A DNA stretch of 64,000 nucleotides from an uncultured cyanobacterium (GTDB taxonomy: Bacteria; Cyanobacteriota; Cyanobacteriia; Pseudanabaenales; Pseudanabaenaceae), in NCBI GenBank assembly GCA_963703315.1, contig OY969811.1, forward strand, positions 1,568,001-1,632,000, in the 5' to 3' direction. The position numbers and the translations under genes were made by a program. Positions 9,596 to 20,261 of the stretch are shown one piece after another (position 1 is the first letter of the stretch; each line of letters begins with the position of its first letter). The notes beneath the pieces are model-generated. The model ran no database searches and was not told the DNA's origin. It was given only the letters and a program-made list of their open reading frames with translations.

Positions 9596-11107
9596 TCAAC
9601 CTAAAAATAGCTTATAGGCAGGATTTTGGCTTTCATCCCAATAACGATAACCGAGCGTTTCCAGAAATGCTTGCCACTCTTCCATCTCTGTGGGTGGAAC
9701 TTGTACACCGACGACAATTCTGCCGTAGTCAGCGCCATTATTACGATAATGGAATAAGCTAATATTCCAATTAGGACTCATCGAACCGACAAACTTCATT
9801 AAGGCTCCTGGACGCTCAGGAAACTCAAAGCGATAGAGTAACTCATGATCAGCAAGAGGCGATCGCCCACCAACCATGTGACGCAAATGCAGTTTAGTGA
9901 GTTCATCATCAGTTAACTCGATCGCCATAAATCCATTTTCAGCAAACGACTTCGATAGGTTTGCCGCATCTGCACGATTGATAATTTGAATACCAGTAAA
10001 GATATGAGCAATTTCTTGATCAGCGATGCGATAGCTAAATTCAGTGAGGTTACGCTTACCCAAAAGTTCACAGAACTTCCGTAAGCTTCCTGCCTGTTCA
10101 GGAATCGTGACTGCAAAAATGGCTTCACGATGTTCGCCGAGTTCTGCCCGTTCTGCCACAAAGCGCAAACGGTCAAAGTTCATATTTGCACCACAGGCGA
10201 TCGCAACAAGGGTTTGACCTTCGATACCTTCCCTTTCGACATAAGCTTTTGCACCAGCGATCGCTAAAGCCCCAGCAGGTTCTAAAATTGAGCGCGTATC
10301 TTCAAAAACATCCTTAATTGCTGCACAGGTATCATCCGTATCAACAAGTAAAATTTCATCGACATATTGCTGACAAAGGCGGAATGTTTCTTGTCCAACT
10401 TCGCGCACGGCTACACCATCGGCAAACAATCCTACTTGATCGAGGCGTACCCGATGTCCTGCTTGCAGCGATCGCGACATTCCATCAGAATCCACTGGTT
10501 CTACACCAATAATTTTAATCTCAGGACGCAAGCGCTTCACATAGGCAGCCACGCCCGAAATCAGTCCACCACCACCGATCGCTACAAAAATCGCATGAAT
10601 CGGTTTCTGACATTGTCGCAAAATCTCCATCCCAATCGTTCCCTGACCTGCAATCACATCGGGATCATCAAAGGGATGGATAAAGGTTAAATTCTTTTCA
10701 GCTTCCAATTGACGCGCGTAGGTATATGCATCATCATAGGTATCACCATGCAGAACGACTTCCCCCCCACGCATTTTGACAGCGTTTACTTTCACCAGTG
10801 GCGTAGTTACGGGCATGACGATAATCGCCTTTGTGCCTAATTCACGAGCGCTGAGAGCAACCCCTTGAGCATGGTTGCCTGCGGATGCAGCAATCACTCC
10901 ATTAGCCAGCAAATCGGGTGGAAGTTGCGCCATTTTGTTATAAGCACCGCGCAATTTAAAAGAGAAAACCGACTGCATATCTTCTCTTTTTAGCAATAGT
11001 CGATTATTTAATCGTGCCGATAAATTGGGAGCAAATTCTAATGGTGTTTCTTGCGCGACATCATACACGCGAGCTTTGAGGATTCGTTCTAAATAGTCAG
11101 ATTGCAT
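9596..11107 (-). CDS. ilvA: Threonine ammonia-lyase, biosynthetic
   Basis: SFKLRGA PLP lysine, ASAGNHAQG, C-terminal ACT-like domains. Confidence 0.97.
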   Translation of the reverse strand: MQSDYLERILKARVYDVAQETPLEFAPNLSARLNNRLLLKREDMQSVFSFKLRGAYNKMAQLPPDLLANGVIAASAGNHAQGVALSARELGTKAIIVMPVTTPLVKVNAVKMRGGEVVLHGDTYDDAYTYARQLEAEKNLTFIHPFDDPDVIAGQGTIGMEILRQCQKPIHAIFVAIGGGGLISGVAAYVKRLRPEIKIIGVEPVDSDGMSRSLQAGHRVRLDQVGLFADGVAVREVGQETFRLCQQYVDEILLVDTDDTCAAIKDVFEDTRSILEPAGALAIAGAKAYVEREGIEGQTLVAIACGANMNFDRLRFVAERAELGEHREAIFAVTIPEQAGSLRKFCELLGKRNLTEFSYRIADQEIAHIFTGIQIINRADAANLSKSFAENGFMAIELTDDELTKLHLRHMVGGRSPLADHELLYRFEFPERPGALMKFVGSMSPNWNISLFHYRNNGADYGRIVVGVQVPPTEMEEWQAFLETLGYRYWDESQNPAYKLFLG

Positions 11108-11317
11108 ACAGGTCGCACAGTGCCGTCAGCTTAGTCATCAATTTGGCAAGCTATAATCTTACTCTCTTTTCCATGCTTTTGTATTTTCGCTAATAATTCG
11201 GTAATCTTAAAGGATGGGCGGCGATTCGCGCCGCCCATCCTTTAGGACGATCCTAGAGATCGCTCCATTATGTATGCTTCGCGTTAAACTTGAGCTAGAA
11301 AAAATTTTTAAAGGCTT

Positions 11318-12796
11318 ATGCACGGCAAATTCCCATTGCATCCCCCCATACGCTTTGGTACTGACGGTTGGAGAGGTATCATTGCTGACGACTTTACCTT
11401 CGATCGCCTAGCCGCAGTTGCTCCCATCGCTGCCCATATCCTGCGCGAAACCTTTGGTTCATCGGGTAGTAACACAATAATTGTGGGGTACGATCGCCGA
11501 TTTATGTCGGATGCTTTTGCCAAAAAGACTGCGGAAGTTGTGGCAGCGATCGGATTTGATGTGTTACTTGCTGATGATTTTGCACCGACACCTGCTTTTA
11601 GTTGGGCAGCTTATGATCGCAAGGCTTTAGGTGCGTTGGTAATTACCGCTAGTCACAACCCTGCTAACTATTCAGGCTTAAAAATCAAAGGTGCATTTGG
11701 TGGATCAGTATCGCCAGATATCACTGCTAAGGTTGAAGCAATTCTTGAACGTGGCGATTTTGTCTATGAAAGCGCTCAGAAAGGCAAAATAGAAACCTTT
11801 GATGCATGGGCAAGCTATAGTCAAGCCTTGCGCGGTAAGGTGAATATCGAGGCGATCAAAGAGGCGATCGCTACAGGAAAGTTGACTGTATTTGCGGATG
11901 TGATGCATGGAGCCGCCGCAGGTGGTTTAGCGAGAATTTTAGAATTGCCAGCCGATGCTGAAGCTAATTTGATTGAAATCAATAGCAATACCGATCCTCT
12001 CTTTGGTGGTGGCGCACCTGAACCTCTACCTCGCTATATTGCTGAACTCTTTCGCCAAGTCAAAACCTATCACCATGAGTATCCCGAAAAAACTTTAGTG
12101 GGATTTGTGTTTGATGGTGATGCCGATCGCATTGCTGCAACTGATAGCGAAGGTAATTTCCTGAGTTCCCAAATTCTAATTCCCATCTTATTGGAACATC
12201 TCGCCAAACATCGCGGCTTTAAAGGCGAATTGATTAAAACCATCAGTGGTTCCGATCTCATGCCCAAGGTTGCCGCCCTATTTGATTTGCCAGTTTATGA
12301 AACTCCCGTTGGTTACAAATATATTGCGGAGAGAATGCTGTCGGGAGTCCCTTGTCTCTTAGGTGGTGAAGAGTCGGGCGGTGTGGGCTATGGCAATCAT
12401 ATTCCTGAACGTGATGCATTACTGTCGGCTTTGTATGTGTTGGAGGCGATCGCGCAATCAGGTAAGGATTTGAGCGTACTTTACAGCGATCTGCAAAAGC
12501 AAACTAATTTCTTCTCTCATTACGATCGCATCGATAAGAAGCTTTCAGGTCTAGCGGCTCGTGAGAAGTTAGTATCTACGCTTCAGCAGTTTTCGCTTAC
12601 CGAAATCGCAGGACGTAAAGTCATTGATACTACATCCCCTGATGGCTTCAAGTTTCGTTTAGCCGATGGCAGTTGGCTATTAATTCGCTTTAGTGGTACT
12701 GAGCCATTATTAAGACTCTATTGTGAAGCGGCTACTCCTGAACTTGTCCATAAAACTCTAAATTGGATTTCCAATTGGGCAGAGCAGTTTAACTAA
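11318..12796 (+). CDS. Phosphoglucomutase/phosphomannomutase
   Basis: FGTDGWRG, TASHNP, DGDADR, GEESGG, RFSGTEP. Confidence 0.95.
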   Translation: MHGKFPLHPPIRFGTDGWRGIIADDFTFDRLAAVAPIAAHILRETFGSSGSNTIIVGYDRRFMSDAFAKKTAEVVAAIGFDVLLADDFAPTPAFSWAAYDRKALGALVITASHNPANYSGLKIKGAFGGSVSPDITAKVEAILERGDFVYESAQKGKIETFDAWASYSQALRGKVNIEAIKEAIATGKLTVFADVMHGAAAGGLARILELPADAEANLIEINSNTDPLFGGGAPEPLPRYIAELFRQVKTYHHEYPEKTLVGFVFDGDADRIAATDSEGNFLSSQILIPILLEHLAKHRGFKGELIKTISGSDLMPKVAALFDLPVYETPVGYKYIAERMLSGVPCLLGGEESGGVGYGNHIPERDALLSALYVLEAIAQSGKDLSVLYSDLQKQTNFFSHYDRIDKKLSGLAAREKLVSTLQQFSLTEIAGRKVIDTTSPDGFKFRLADGSWLLIRFSGTEPLLRLYCEAATPELVHKTLNWISNWAEQFN

Positions 12797-12838
12797 AAGA
12801 GAAGTGCGCCGCTTTGCGGCGCACTTCTCTTTTAGTTA
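12790..12838. terminator. Perfect palindrome (23-bp arms) spanning the stop codons of two convergent genes; probable bidirectional terminator
   Basis: taactaaaagagaagtgcgccgc-ttt-gcggcgcacttctcttttagtta. Confidence 0.75.
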
Positions 12839-14127
12839 CCGACAGAAGCAATGTCTTTCAAATCAGGACGGGGCGCATGGGTAAAAAATAGAGTCTCAAA
12901 GGAAGCATCACGATTTCCTAAAGTCTCATAAAAGAAGAACGAGAAGCCATCAAAGACAAGCTCACGACCAATCTTGACCTGACCTTTGATTTGTCGCATA
13001 TCGACATTTTGGACTCTTAAGCCTGTCAAAATACCAATCGCTACAGGAATTCTTCTACGGATTTCCTGTAGTTCTGGACGTTCTAACTCTACTTTGAAAT
13101 TATTAATATCATCGCGATATACCTGCACAATCAACTCATCGATAAGTCCCATATAAACCCAGTTATACCAATCCTGTAAGTGTTTGCGATAGGCAAATTC
13201 TCTAGGGTTAGGGGATAGCGAAATTAGACAGTTAGGCTTGATTGCTTTAACTGACTTGTGGATTTTTCGCATTAAGCTGGTGATGTACTTAGCACGCCAT
13301 TGCATCCATGCAGGATCATTAATATCTTCAGGTGGCAGCCTTCCAAAATGATCTTTCTTATATAAGGCGATCGTGTAATCATCGTAACCAAGCTCGGCGG
13401 GCATGGCAAAATGATCATCAAGTTGAATGCCATCGACATTGTATTTAGTAACAACCTCAACGATGAGATCGATTAGTAATTTTTGAACTTCGGGGCGGGC
13501 AGGGTTTAGCCAAGCAAGGCGATGCTCATTATTTTCTCCATGAAAAAAGAGGTGAGAGCCATCTTTACGTTGGGTAACCCAATCGGGATGTTGGCGCATG
13601 AGAGGCGAACCTTCCTCAGTCATTAAGCCATATTCAAACCAAGGAATCACCGCAAAACCTTGCTCATGACCGCGTTCAATGGTTTCGGCTAGCATATCTC
13701 GATCTTTGAGTTCAGGGATAGGCTCGATCTCTACACCAAAAGACTTTTTCGCAACTTTACTCGGATAGAGTGTGTACCCACCATTCCAAACTGTTGGATA
13801 AATCGTATTAAACTTTAAGCGCTTTAACCTTTGAATCGCTTTTTGAAGGCTCTGGGGTGACAATAAAACATCACTATCAACATTAGTTAGCCAAACTCCT
13901 CGCAATTCTCGGTTATTGGTTGGTCTAATTATTGGTTGGTTAGGTGCTTGCTTGTCTGCTTGATCATTAGTTGATTGATCAATTACGTTACTGGCAGTAT
14001 TAACGTTAGGAGTTTGTGCGATCGCCCAAAAAGGGAAATTGATCATTAGCGCGATCGCCAATCCTAAAAAGGTTAAAACTAGGAAGCGAAAACGCGCTTG
14101 CCAAGATCTGATGTTATTTTGCCCCAT
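12832..14127 (-). CDS. Glycoside hydrolase-like 10 (DUF187) family protein, exported
   Basis: ELRGVWLTN, IPWFEYG, WLNPARPEV, DGIQLDDHF; N-terminal signal-like segment. Confidence 0.88.
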   Translation of the reverse strand: MGQNNIRSWQARFRFLVLTFLGLAIALMINFPFWAIAQTPNVNTASNVIDQSTNDQADKQAPNQPIIRPTNNRELRGVWLTNVDSDVLLSPQSLQKAIQRLKRLKFNTIYPTVWNGGYTLYPSKVAKKSFGVEIEPIPELKDRDMLAETIERGHEQGFAVIPWFEYGLMTEEGSPLMRQHPDWVTQRKDGSHLFFHGENNEHRLAWLNPARPEVQKLLIDLIVEVVTKYNVDGIQLDDHFAMPAELGYDDYTIALYKKDHFGRLPPEDINDPAWMQWRAKYITSLMRKIHKSVKAIKPNCLISLSPNPREFAYRKHLQDWYNWVYMGLIDELIVQVYRDDINNFKVELERPELQEIRRRIPVAIGILTGLRVQNVDMRQIKGQVKIGRELVFDGFSFFFYETLGNRDASFETLFFTHAPRPDLKDIASVGN

Positions 14128-14288
14128 AACAAACGAGCTAGGTTAGCTCTAACTCCTCACATTTAGACTTCAAACGATTTCGTAAAATAATTGTATAACA
14201 ATGCAAAAACATATAAAAGAAAGCTGATCCTTAACACCTCATTCTAAAAAAATTCTTGTAGTTTATTCGCACTCATTGAATAGAACTA

Positions 14289-14469
14289 TAGGGGCAGAGC
14301 ATCCGCAAAACAATCTCTAATTTTTTGGATAATCTTCTTTTGGGAATGCTCTGCCCTCAATCTCGCAACGCAGGGACAAATTATCTATAAAAGCACAGAG
14401 GGCTTAGCATTTGCGGATCAAGATTTCGGTGATGGTTTTAAAATTGTGGCGCAAATGCTAAGCCCCTAC
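14289..14469. repeat. Two REP-like inverted doublets (GTAG type)
   Basis: ggggcagagcat...atgctctgccct and agggcttagcatttgcg...cgcaaatgctaagcccctac. Confidence 0.6.
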
Positions 14470-14542
14470 AGTCTTGCTTTGCTATACATTGCTGTGAAAA
14501 GAGATTGACGGCGCTTTGCACCGTTAATCTCTTTTAGGTTAA

Positions 14543-15028
14543 TTATGAATTTTTGGATTGCGATCCCAACAGATTACGATTTATTTCTAAGATGGGACAT
14601 AACAAATCGGCAATATCTCTGGGTAGAAGCTCTTTGACAACATCTTGCATCACCAGATAAGTAATATTACAGGCTTCTTGTGCGCCAAAGGCTTGCATGA
14701 TTGTCTGAAACCAATATAAAAACTGCTGCCGTAAAAGTTCTGGGTCATCTAATAAAACCGTCATCGCTGAGTGACGGAGAACCCTTAAGGTATCTTGTTT
14801 CCATTTAGCTTGCATATCTTCACCTTTTGGGAAAAGCAAGTTGGGATAGGATGTTTGTAATCTGACCAAAACCGTATCTACAATTTTTTTCTCCACTTCT
14901 TTGATACGGCGATAAGCCTCAATGCGTGAGTCAAAAGAGTTGATATAGGTATCCATAAATTGCAATTCAGCATCGCTAGCATAGCGACCATCAGCATTGG
15001 TTCCTAGTTGTTGCAACTTACTTAACAT
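14543..15028 (-). CDS. Phycobiliprotein-like (globin fold, allophycocyanin-like) protein
   Basis: ADGRYASDAEL N-terminus, about 160 aa, D-x3-LR helix; the bilin-binding Cys appears absent. Confidence 0.75.
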   Translation of the reverse strand: MLSKLQQLGTNADGRYASDAELQFMDTYINSFDSRIEAYRRIKEVEKKIVDTVLVRLQTSYPNLLFPKGEDMQAKWKQDTLRVLRHSAMTVLLDDPELLRQQFLYWFQTIMQAFGAQEACNITYLVMQDVVKELLPRDIADLLCPILEINRNLLGSQSKNS

Positions 15029-15237
15029 AGTTAAACGGCACTCAATTTAATATTGTTTGTGTCTCTGCCGAAGGCAGAGACACAAACGTTTGACGTATAC
15101 ATGATTTTATATGGGTCTGAGCTTGAAACTATCAGCCACTTCAAGCATTATCTCTAGCGATCGCCGATTTTTTGTTACGATTCAGATAAATAATTCACGA
15201 TACACACCTATGCGATCGCTCGCCACCATATTCTGTC

Positions 15238-16899
15238 ATGCTGTCTGACAATGATCACATAGAAGAGCTGTTTCCCGAAGCTGCCCAAAATTGGGATTTA
15301 AATCGGCTGTATGCAGATTTACAAACTGCTAGTGGCAAGGAAATTAAGCCCTTTGAAAAGGCTTGCTTGCGGGGATTACTCTGTCGATATCGTCCGGGGC
15401 AACTTGCCTTTAAATTAGCTTGGACTTCGGGGGCGTTGCGGGTAGAACTCAATAAAAGCTTGTATCGATCGCTAGAGGCGATCGCCGATCAGCCATTGAA
15501 TACTTTGCGGTGGGAAAAAGTACCTGAATGGCTAGAGGCTAAGGGCTATAAGGCTCAGCGTCAAAGTTTGCATGATCCAACGGCTAATTCCCCAGCTAAG
15601 GCCGGGGCAAATTTGGCAGACTGGGGTGAGGCTCCCAATATTCAGACTTTTTATGGACGAACGGAGGAGCTTGCCAAACTAGAGCAATGGATTTTGCGCG
15701 ATCGCTGTCATCTGTTAGCCATTTGTGGTATGGGCGGCATTGGCAAGACGGCTTTGGCGGTGAAACTAGTGGAAAAGATCCAATCACAGTTTGATTGCTT
15801 TATTTGGCGATCGCTAAAGGGGGCGCAACCAACTGCTCAATTAATTGCCGATCTATTGCAATTTCTGAATAATTCTCAACAAACGGGCTGTAGTATTTCC
15901 GTTTCCGATCTCTTAGAAGTTTTGCGGCAAAAGCGTTGTTTGATCGTGCTAGATGACTTTGAGGCAACGCTCCAAGATGGCGAACTGGTGGGAGCCTATC
16001 GTCAAGGCTGCGAATCCCATGCCGAACTATTGCAGCGTGTTGGTTCTGAACGTCATCAAAGTACGTTGATTTTGATTGGGCGCGAACAACCAAAAGAAAT
16101 TTCGATGCATCAAGGGGAAGATCAACCGATTCGCTATTACAAGGTCAATGGATTACAACGTCAAGAGGCTTTTGAATTACTGAGAGCGCGAGGATTTACG
16201 GGTTCTGAAAATGGATTAGATGCATTGGTGCAGCAATATCGAGGTAATCCTTCCGCTTTACGGATTGTGGCGGGGACAATTCAAGAATTATTTAATGGCA
16301 ATGTTTCAGAATTCCTCAAGCAGACGGCGCTGGCACTAGGTGACGTATTACGCACGCTGCTCTATCAACAGTTTGAACGCCTCTCGAAATTAGAAAAAGA
16401 TGTGTTGTATTGGCTAGCGATCAAGCATCGTCCTGTATCCCTCTCCACTTTGCGCTCGGAAATGAATTTACAAGCCTCTGGTTCGGAATTAATTGATGCT
16501 CTGGAGTCATTGCGCTGGCGATCGCTGATCGAGAAAATTTCAGAACAGGATGAGGTGATGTTTTTGCTAGAGCCTGTGGTGTTGAAATATGTGAATCGTC
16601 AGTTTGTCGATGAGATCAGCAAAGAAATTACGGCGATCGCTACCCAACAAAATCTGAAATCAATTAATTTATTACAAAGTCATGTCCTTGTGGAAGATCA
16701 CGCTCCTGACTCGATTCGAGCGATGCAGATTCGGTTAGTTCTCAAACCAATTAAGGATAAGCTGCATAAAGCGATCGCTCAGAATAATATCGAACTAGAA
16801 TCTCTCAGAGAAAGTTTAGCTAGTCAACACCAAGGACAATCAACGGAAGGCAATAGCTACACTGAAGTTAACCTCGCCCTAATCGGTTTATGGTGGTAG
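15238..16899 (+). CDS. NB-ARC (STAND) NTPase with N-terminal HTH-like domain
   Basis: DWGEAP, FYGR, Walker A GMGGIGKT, Walker B LIVLDD, GNP motif. Confidence 0.88.
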   Translation: MLSDNDHIEELFPEAAQNWDLNRLYADLQTASGKEIKPFEKACLRGLLCRYRPGQLAFKLAWTSGALRVELNKSLYRSLEAIADQPLNTLRWEKVPEWLEAKGYKAQRQSLHDPTANSPAKAGANLADWGEAPNIQTFYGRTEELAKLEQWILRDRCHLLAICGMGGIGKTALAVKLVEKIQSQFDCFIWRSLKGAQPTAQLIADLLQFLNNSQQTGCSISVSDLLEVLRQKRCLIVLDDFEATLQDGELVGAYRQGCESHAELLQRVGSERHQSTLILIGREQPKEISMHQGEDQPIRYYKVNGLQRQEAFELLRARGFTGSENGLDALVQQYRGNPSALRIVAGTIQELFNGNVSEFLKQTALALGDVLRTLLYQQFERLSKLEKDVLYWLAIKHRPVSLSTLRSEMNLQASGSELIDALESLRWRSLIEKISEQDEVMFLLEPVVLKYVNRQFVDEISKEITAIATQQNLKSINLLQSHVLVEDHAPDSIRAMQIRLVLKPIKDKLHKAIAQNNIELESLRESLASQHQGQSTEGNSYTEVNLALIGLWW

Positions 16900-16938
16900 A
16901 TTACAGCGCAAAGCCCTATAATCATAAAAAAGAAAAGC

Positions 16939-18626
16939 ATGATCATGCTTTTCTTTTTTATGATTTCACCTATGCCACGATTTCAGAGCCGACTTTTTAA
17001 TTGGATTGATCAATCATTGCCTGCTCAAATAGGACGCAGTGCAAGGAGATTTCTCGATCAAAAATTTGGGCAACTGTCAGGACTACCGATCCAAGAGCTA
17101 CCACGTTTGCTTGCGTATCAAGCTGCGAAGGCAATGCTCTATCCTGTGTACTTGATTGCATCGACCGCAAAACGGGTTTTCCCCATACTTTCTGGTAGCA
17201 AGACAGAAATTAGTAATCAATTGCGATCGCAGCCAGACGTAACTGGGCTTTTGCCAGAGTTTACTCAGGAGGCTGAGAATCTAAACAATGCATTTGAGCA
17301 AGCGATTGATCAGGTAATTGAGAAAACATCTGAGCAAACTAGTGATCTACCTAAGCCAGAAATTCCATTACTTTTACGCCCCTTAGCCAAATTTTTGAAC
17401 TGGCTTGATCGCACTAAGATTCATTTAGATCAAAGTATTTCCGCCATCATTAAGCGACCATCAACTCAAATCACAAATCCATCCCTTTCGGAATTAGAGA
17501 CAAAGCTGATTGCAAATCGGATTTTTGCAGAAATTTGGCAGCAACAGGTTGAGCAAAATTCTATTAAAGAAAGTAATGGTTTATCGGAAAGCATCTCTCT
17601 TGGTAAAAATAATAGATTAGAGCAACTACGGAGATTAATCGAAGCCGCGATCTCCTATTTCTTTGGTAATCAGGTTGGCAATCAATCTAGTCATCAATTT
17701 GAGAACTCTCATACTCAAGATGAGAGTTTACCTAATGATGCTGATCTTTCAGAACTATCAGGAACAGCATCTCCTGATGACAAGACTTTGCCTAGTCGCC
17801 CCAAATTAAGTCGAAAACCAAGATCAACGAGTTCCATCAAGGAAAATGCTCCCTTGACGAAAACCGTTAATCTAGATCGATTGCGTGAAATCATTGCGGC
17901 AGCGATCGCCTATTTCATTGGTAAGCGATCGCTTGATGGCGATGTCCAAGATATAGATATAAATAATGCTCTAAATAATGTAAAGGGCAATCAGACAGAT
18001 TCGCTGACAGGTGAAGTTGCTACTAAAATCCAAAAAAATTCTGCGGGGGATCCCCAAAATGCTAATTCTAATTCGCTCAAAAATGATGATCAATTGGAAC
18101 GGCTCCAAAAACTGATTGAACAAGCGATCGCCTATTTCTTTGGACAACAGTTAAAGAAGCCAACTCTAGAAGAAGTCACAGATATCTCTCCAAGTGAAGA
18201 AGCTTGGCTGACAATGGAAGATGTATTTGGTGATGATAATGGTCCTGGCCTCTGCCCCTAGAATATGAGTCAGTTGCCTTCACGCAGTCATCAAATTCCA
18301 ATGCAATCCATTCATCAGGGGAGTTACAGAATTTTGAAACTACGACCTCGCAAATTTCTCAAGATCGTCTAGAAGAGAGTCTCGTTTTTGAGGAAGACTT
18401 ATTAACATATCAACAGCAAAACTCAGATCCAGATTGCGATCGCCCTCTCAAGGCATGGATTGAGGCAAATGCGACTATTCTAGGCTATGCTTACAATCCT
18501 GTGATGACTGTAATTCTTTGGATTGATGCGATCGTGCTTAAAATTGAAGATCTAATTATTGCGATTTGGAAAGGATTAATTAACTTCCCCAAACGAGTAC
18601 TTCATTTTATTCGCTACGGTAAATGA
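16939..18626 (+). pseudogene. Cyanobacterial hypothetical protein split by a frameshift near 18246
   Basis: The ORF stops at 18261, but another frame continues open (WPLPLEYES...AWIEANATILGY...LWIDAIVLKIED...RYGK) to TGA at 18626. Confidence 0.7.
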
Positions 18627-18680
18627 CAGGAATATAGCAGTTAGCGCAAAGCGCTGAGAGTCTTGTGACACCTTAACTGC

Positions 18681-19547
18681 TTATTCCCACGACGTTAAGC
18701 ATTCTTTCATGGCACGATCCATAATTTGACGATCTGCGTGATAGCGGCGACCATGCCCAGGTAAAACCCATTCAAACGAATAGGTTGCTAATTTTTGCAT
18801 TGATCGCCCTAGCTCTTCCCACGAATACCAACAAGCATTCTCAAATGCAATCAACCGATTGAGCCGATGAGACCATGCCAGATGATCGCCTGAAAACAAA
18901 TATTTCTGCTTATAAAGTAAAACCGTATGCCCCTTAGTATGTCCAGCCACAGGAATAATTAGCAGATCGTCGGCGATCGCAATGGGATCTGTGCCAGTTA
19001 ATTGCATTTCAATATTTTTTGTACCAATACCAATGTCATCTTGATGCAAAATGCGATCGCATCCAAAATGGTCGTGAAATTTCTGATGGTCAGCGACATC
19101 ATCACGATGGGTCAGGTACAAATAACGTATTCCTCCCATTGCTTCTAGTTGTTTTACCAATGGTGTGTTAAAACGTGGCGAATCGATCAAAATATTGCCT
19201 TCAGGATGCACAATTAAATAACTTGCCGCACCATAGGATGATTCCGCGTGATAGCCACAATGGAATACATTTTGCTCGATCTCAATAGGAAAACTTTGCT
19301 GCGCCGCTTGGATATCATGGGGCTTTTCGACTGTGGCAATAGAAGCAGTTGGGCATGATAGCAACGCTTGTAAGGCTTTCAGTCTTTCGATTTCATTTAT
19401 GGGTTGATGATAAACGACGGATTGAGATGAGATTTGATGAAATATTTCTGGAGCCATCCATCGACAGGTATCACAATCAATACAGGTGCTATCAACATAA
19501 AAATCACCACTGACATTGTGAGGTAGTCGTCGTTCAATTTTTGCCAT
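18681..19547 (-). CDS. MBL-fold metallo-hydrolase with N-terminal ferredoxin domain
   Basis: CIDCDTC...CP ferredoxin motif; THRDD, GHTKGH, SGDH, PGHG. Confidence 0.88.
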   Translation of the reverse strand: MAKIERRLPHNVSGDFYVDSTCIDCDTCRWMAPEIFHQISSQSVVYHQPINEIERLKALQALLSCPTASIATVEKPHDIQAAQQSFPIEIEQNVFHCGYHAESSYGAASYLIVHPEGNILIDSPRFNTPLVKQLEAMGGIRYLYLTHRDDVADHQKFHDHFGCDRILHQDDIGIGTKNIEMQLTGTDPIAIADDLLIIPVAGHTKGHTVLLYKQKYLFSGDHLAWSHRLNRLIAFENACWYSWEELGRSMQKLATYSFEWVLPGHGRRYHADRQIMDRAMKECLTSWE

Positions 19548-19577
19548 AACAATATTGATTGTGCATTGTGCCTATAG

Positions 19578-19603
19578 TAAACTTAGTCTATAAACTTAGT
19601 CTA
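19578..19603. promoter_or_regulatory. Putative TA autoregulatory operator (tandem 13-bp near-palindrome)
   Basis: TAAACTTAGTCTA twice, 10 bp upstream of the antitoxin ATG. Confidence 0.6.
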
Positions 19604-19613
19604 GTATATTTAT

Positions 19614-19859
19614 ATGGAAACTGTTAATATTCATCAGGCTAAAACCAATCTTTCTCGTCTTTTGTCAAGGGTAGAACTTGGAGAAGAGATTGTTATTTCT
19701 AACCGAGGTGTTCCCGTTGCTAAGCTAGTTCCATTTTGTACTTCTGCTAATCGCAAAGCTAGTTTAGGAATAGATCGGGGACGCTTTATCGTGCCTGAAG
19801 ACTTTAACGCTCCTTTGCCAGAAGAGATTTTGTCAGCATTTGAGGGGTGTGAAGGGTGA
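19614..19859 (+). CDS. Phd/YefM family antitoxin
   Basis: VNIHQAKTNLSRLL...GEEIVI...PVAKLVP. Confidence 0.92.
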   Translation: METVNIHQAKTNLSRLLSRVELGEEIVISNRGVPVAKLVPFCTSANRKASLGIDRGRFIVPEDFNAPLPEEILSAFEGCEG

Positions 19860-20257
19860 AACTTTTAATGGATACTCATTGCTGGTTGTGGTGGTTTGCC
19901 CAGCCAGAGCGTTTGAGTGAGGAGGCGATCGCTTGCATAGTCGATGAAGCTAATGAAGTGTGGTTTTCAGTGGCAAGTGTCTGGGAAATGGGTATCAAAG
20001 TGGCAATCGGCAAGTTGCCATTACCAGAACCAGTAGATAGCTATGTATCAAGTCGCATGGTGCAATTGGGGGCGCGATCGCTCGATATTTCAGTCAGTCA
20101 TGCCTTACAAGCTGCGGCTTTGCCTTTACATCATCGCGATCCATTCGACAGAATGTTGATTGCACAGGCTCAACTAGAAAATATGACGATTGTGACGGCT
20201 GATAATATGTTTAGTCAATATCAAGACGTTTCTATTCTTTGGGCAGCAAATTCATAA
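19856..20257 (+). CDS. vapC: VapC family PIN toxin
   Basis: LLMDTH, SVWE, HRDPFDRMLIAQA; GTGA overlap with the antitoxin. Confidence 0.92.
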   Translation: MKLLMDTHCWLWWFAQPERLSEEAIACIVDEANEVWFSVASVWEMGIKVAIGKLPLPEPVDSYVSSRMVQLGARSLDISVSHALQAAALPLHHRDPFDRMLIAQAQLENMTIVTADNMFSQYQDVSILWAANS

Positions 20258-20261
20258 AGCA

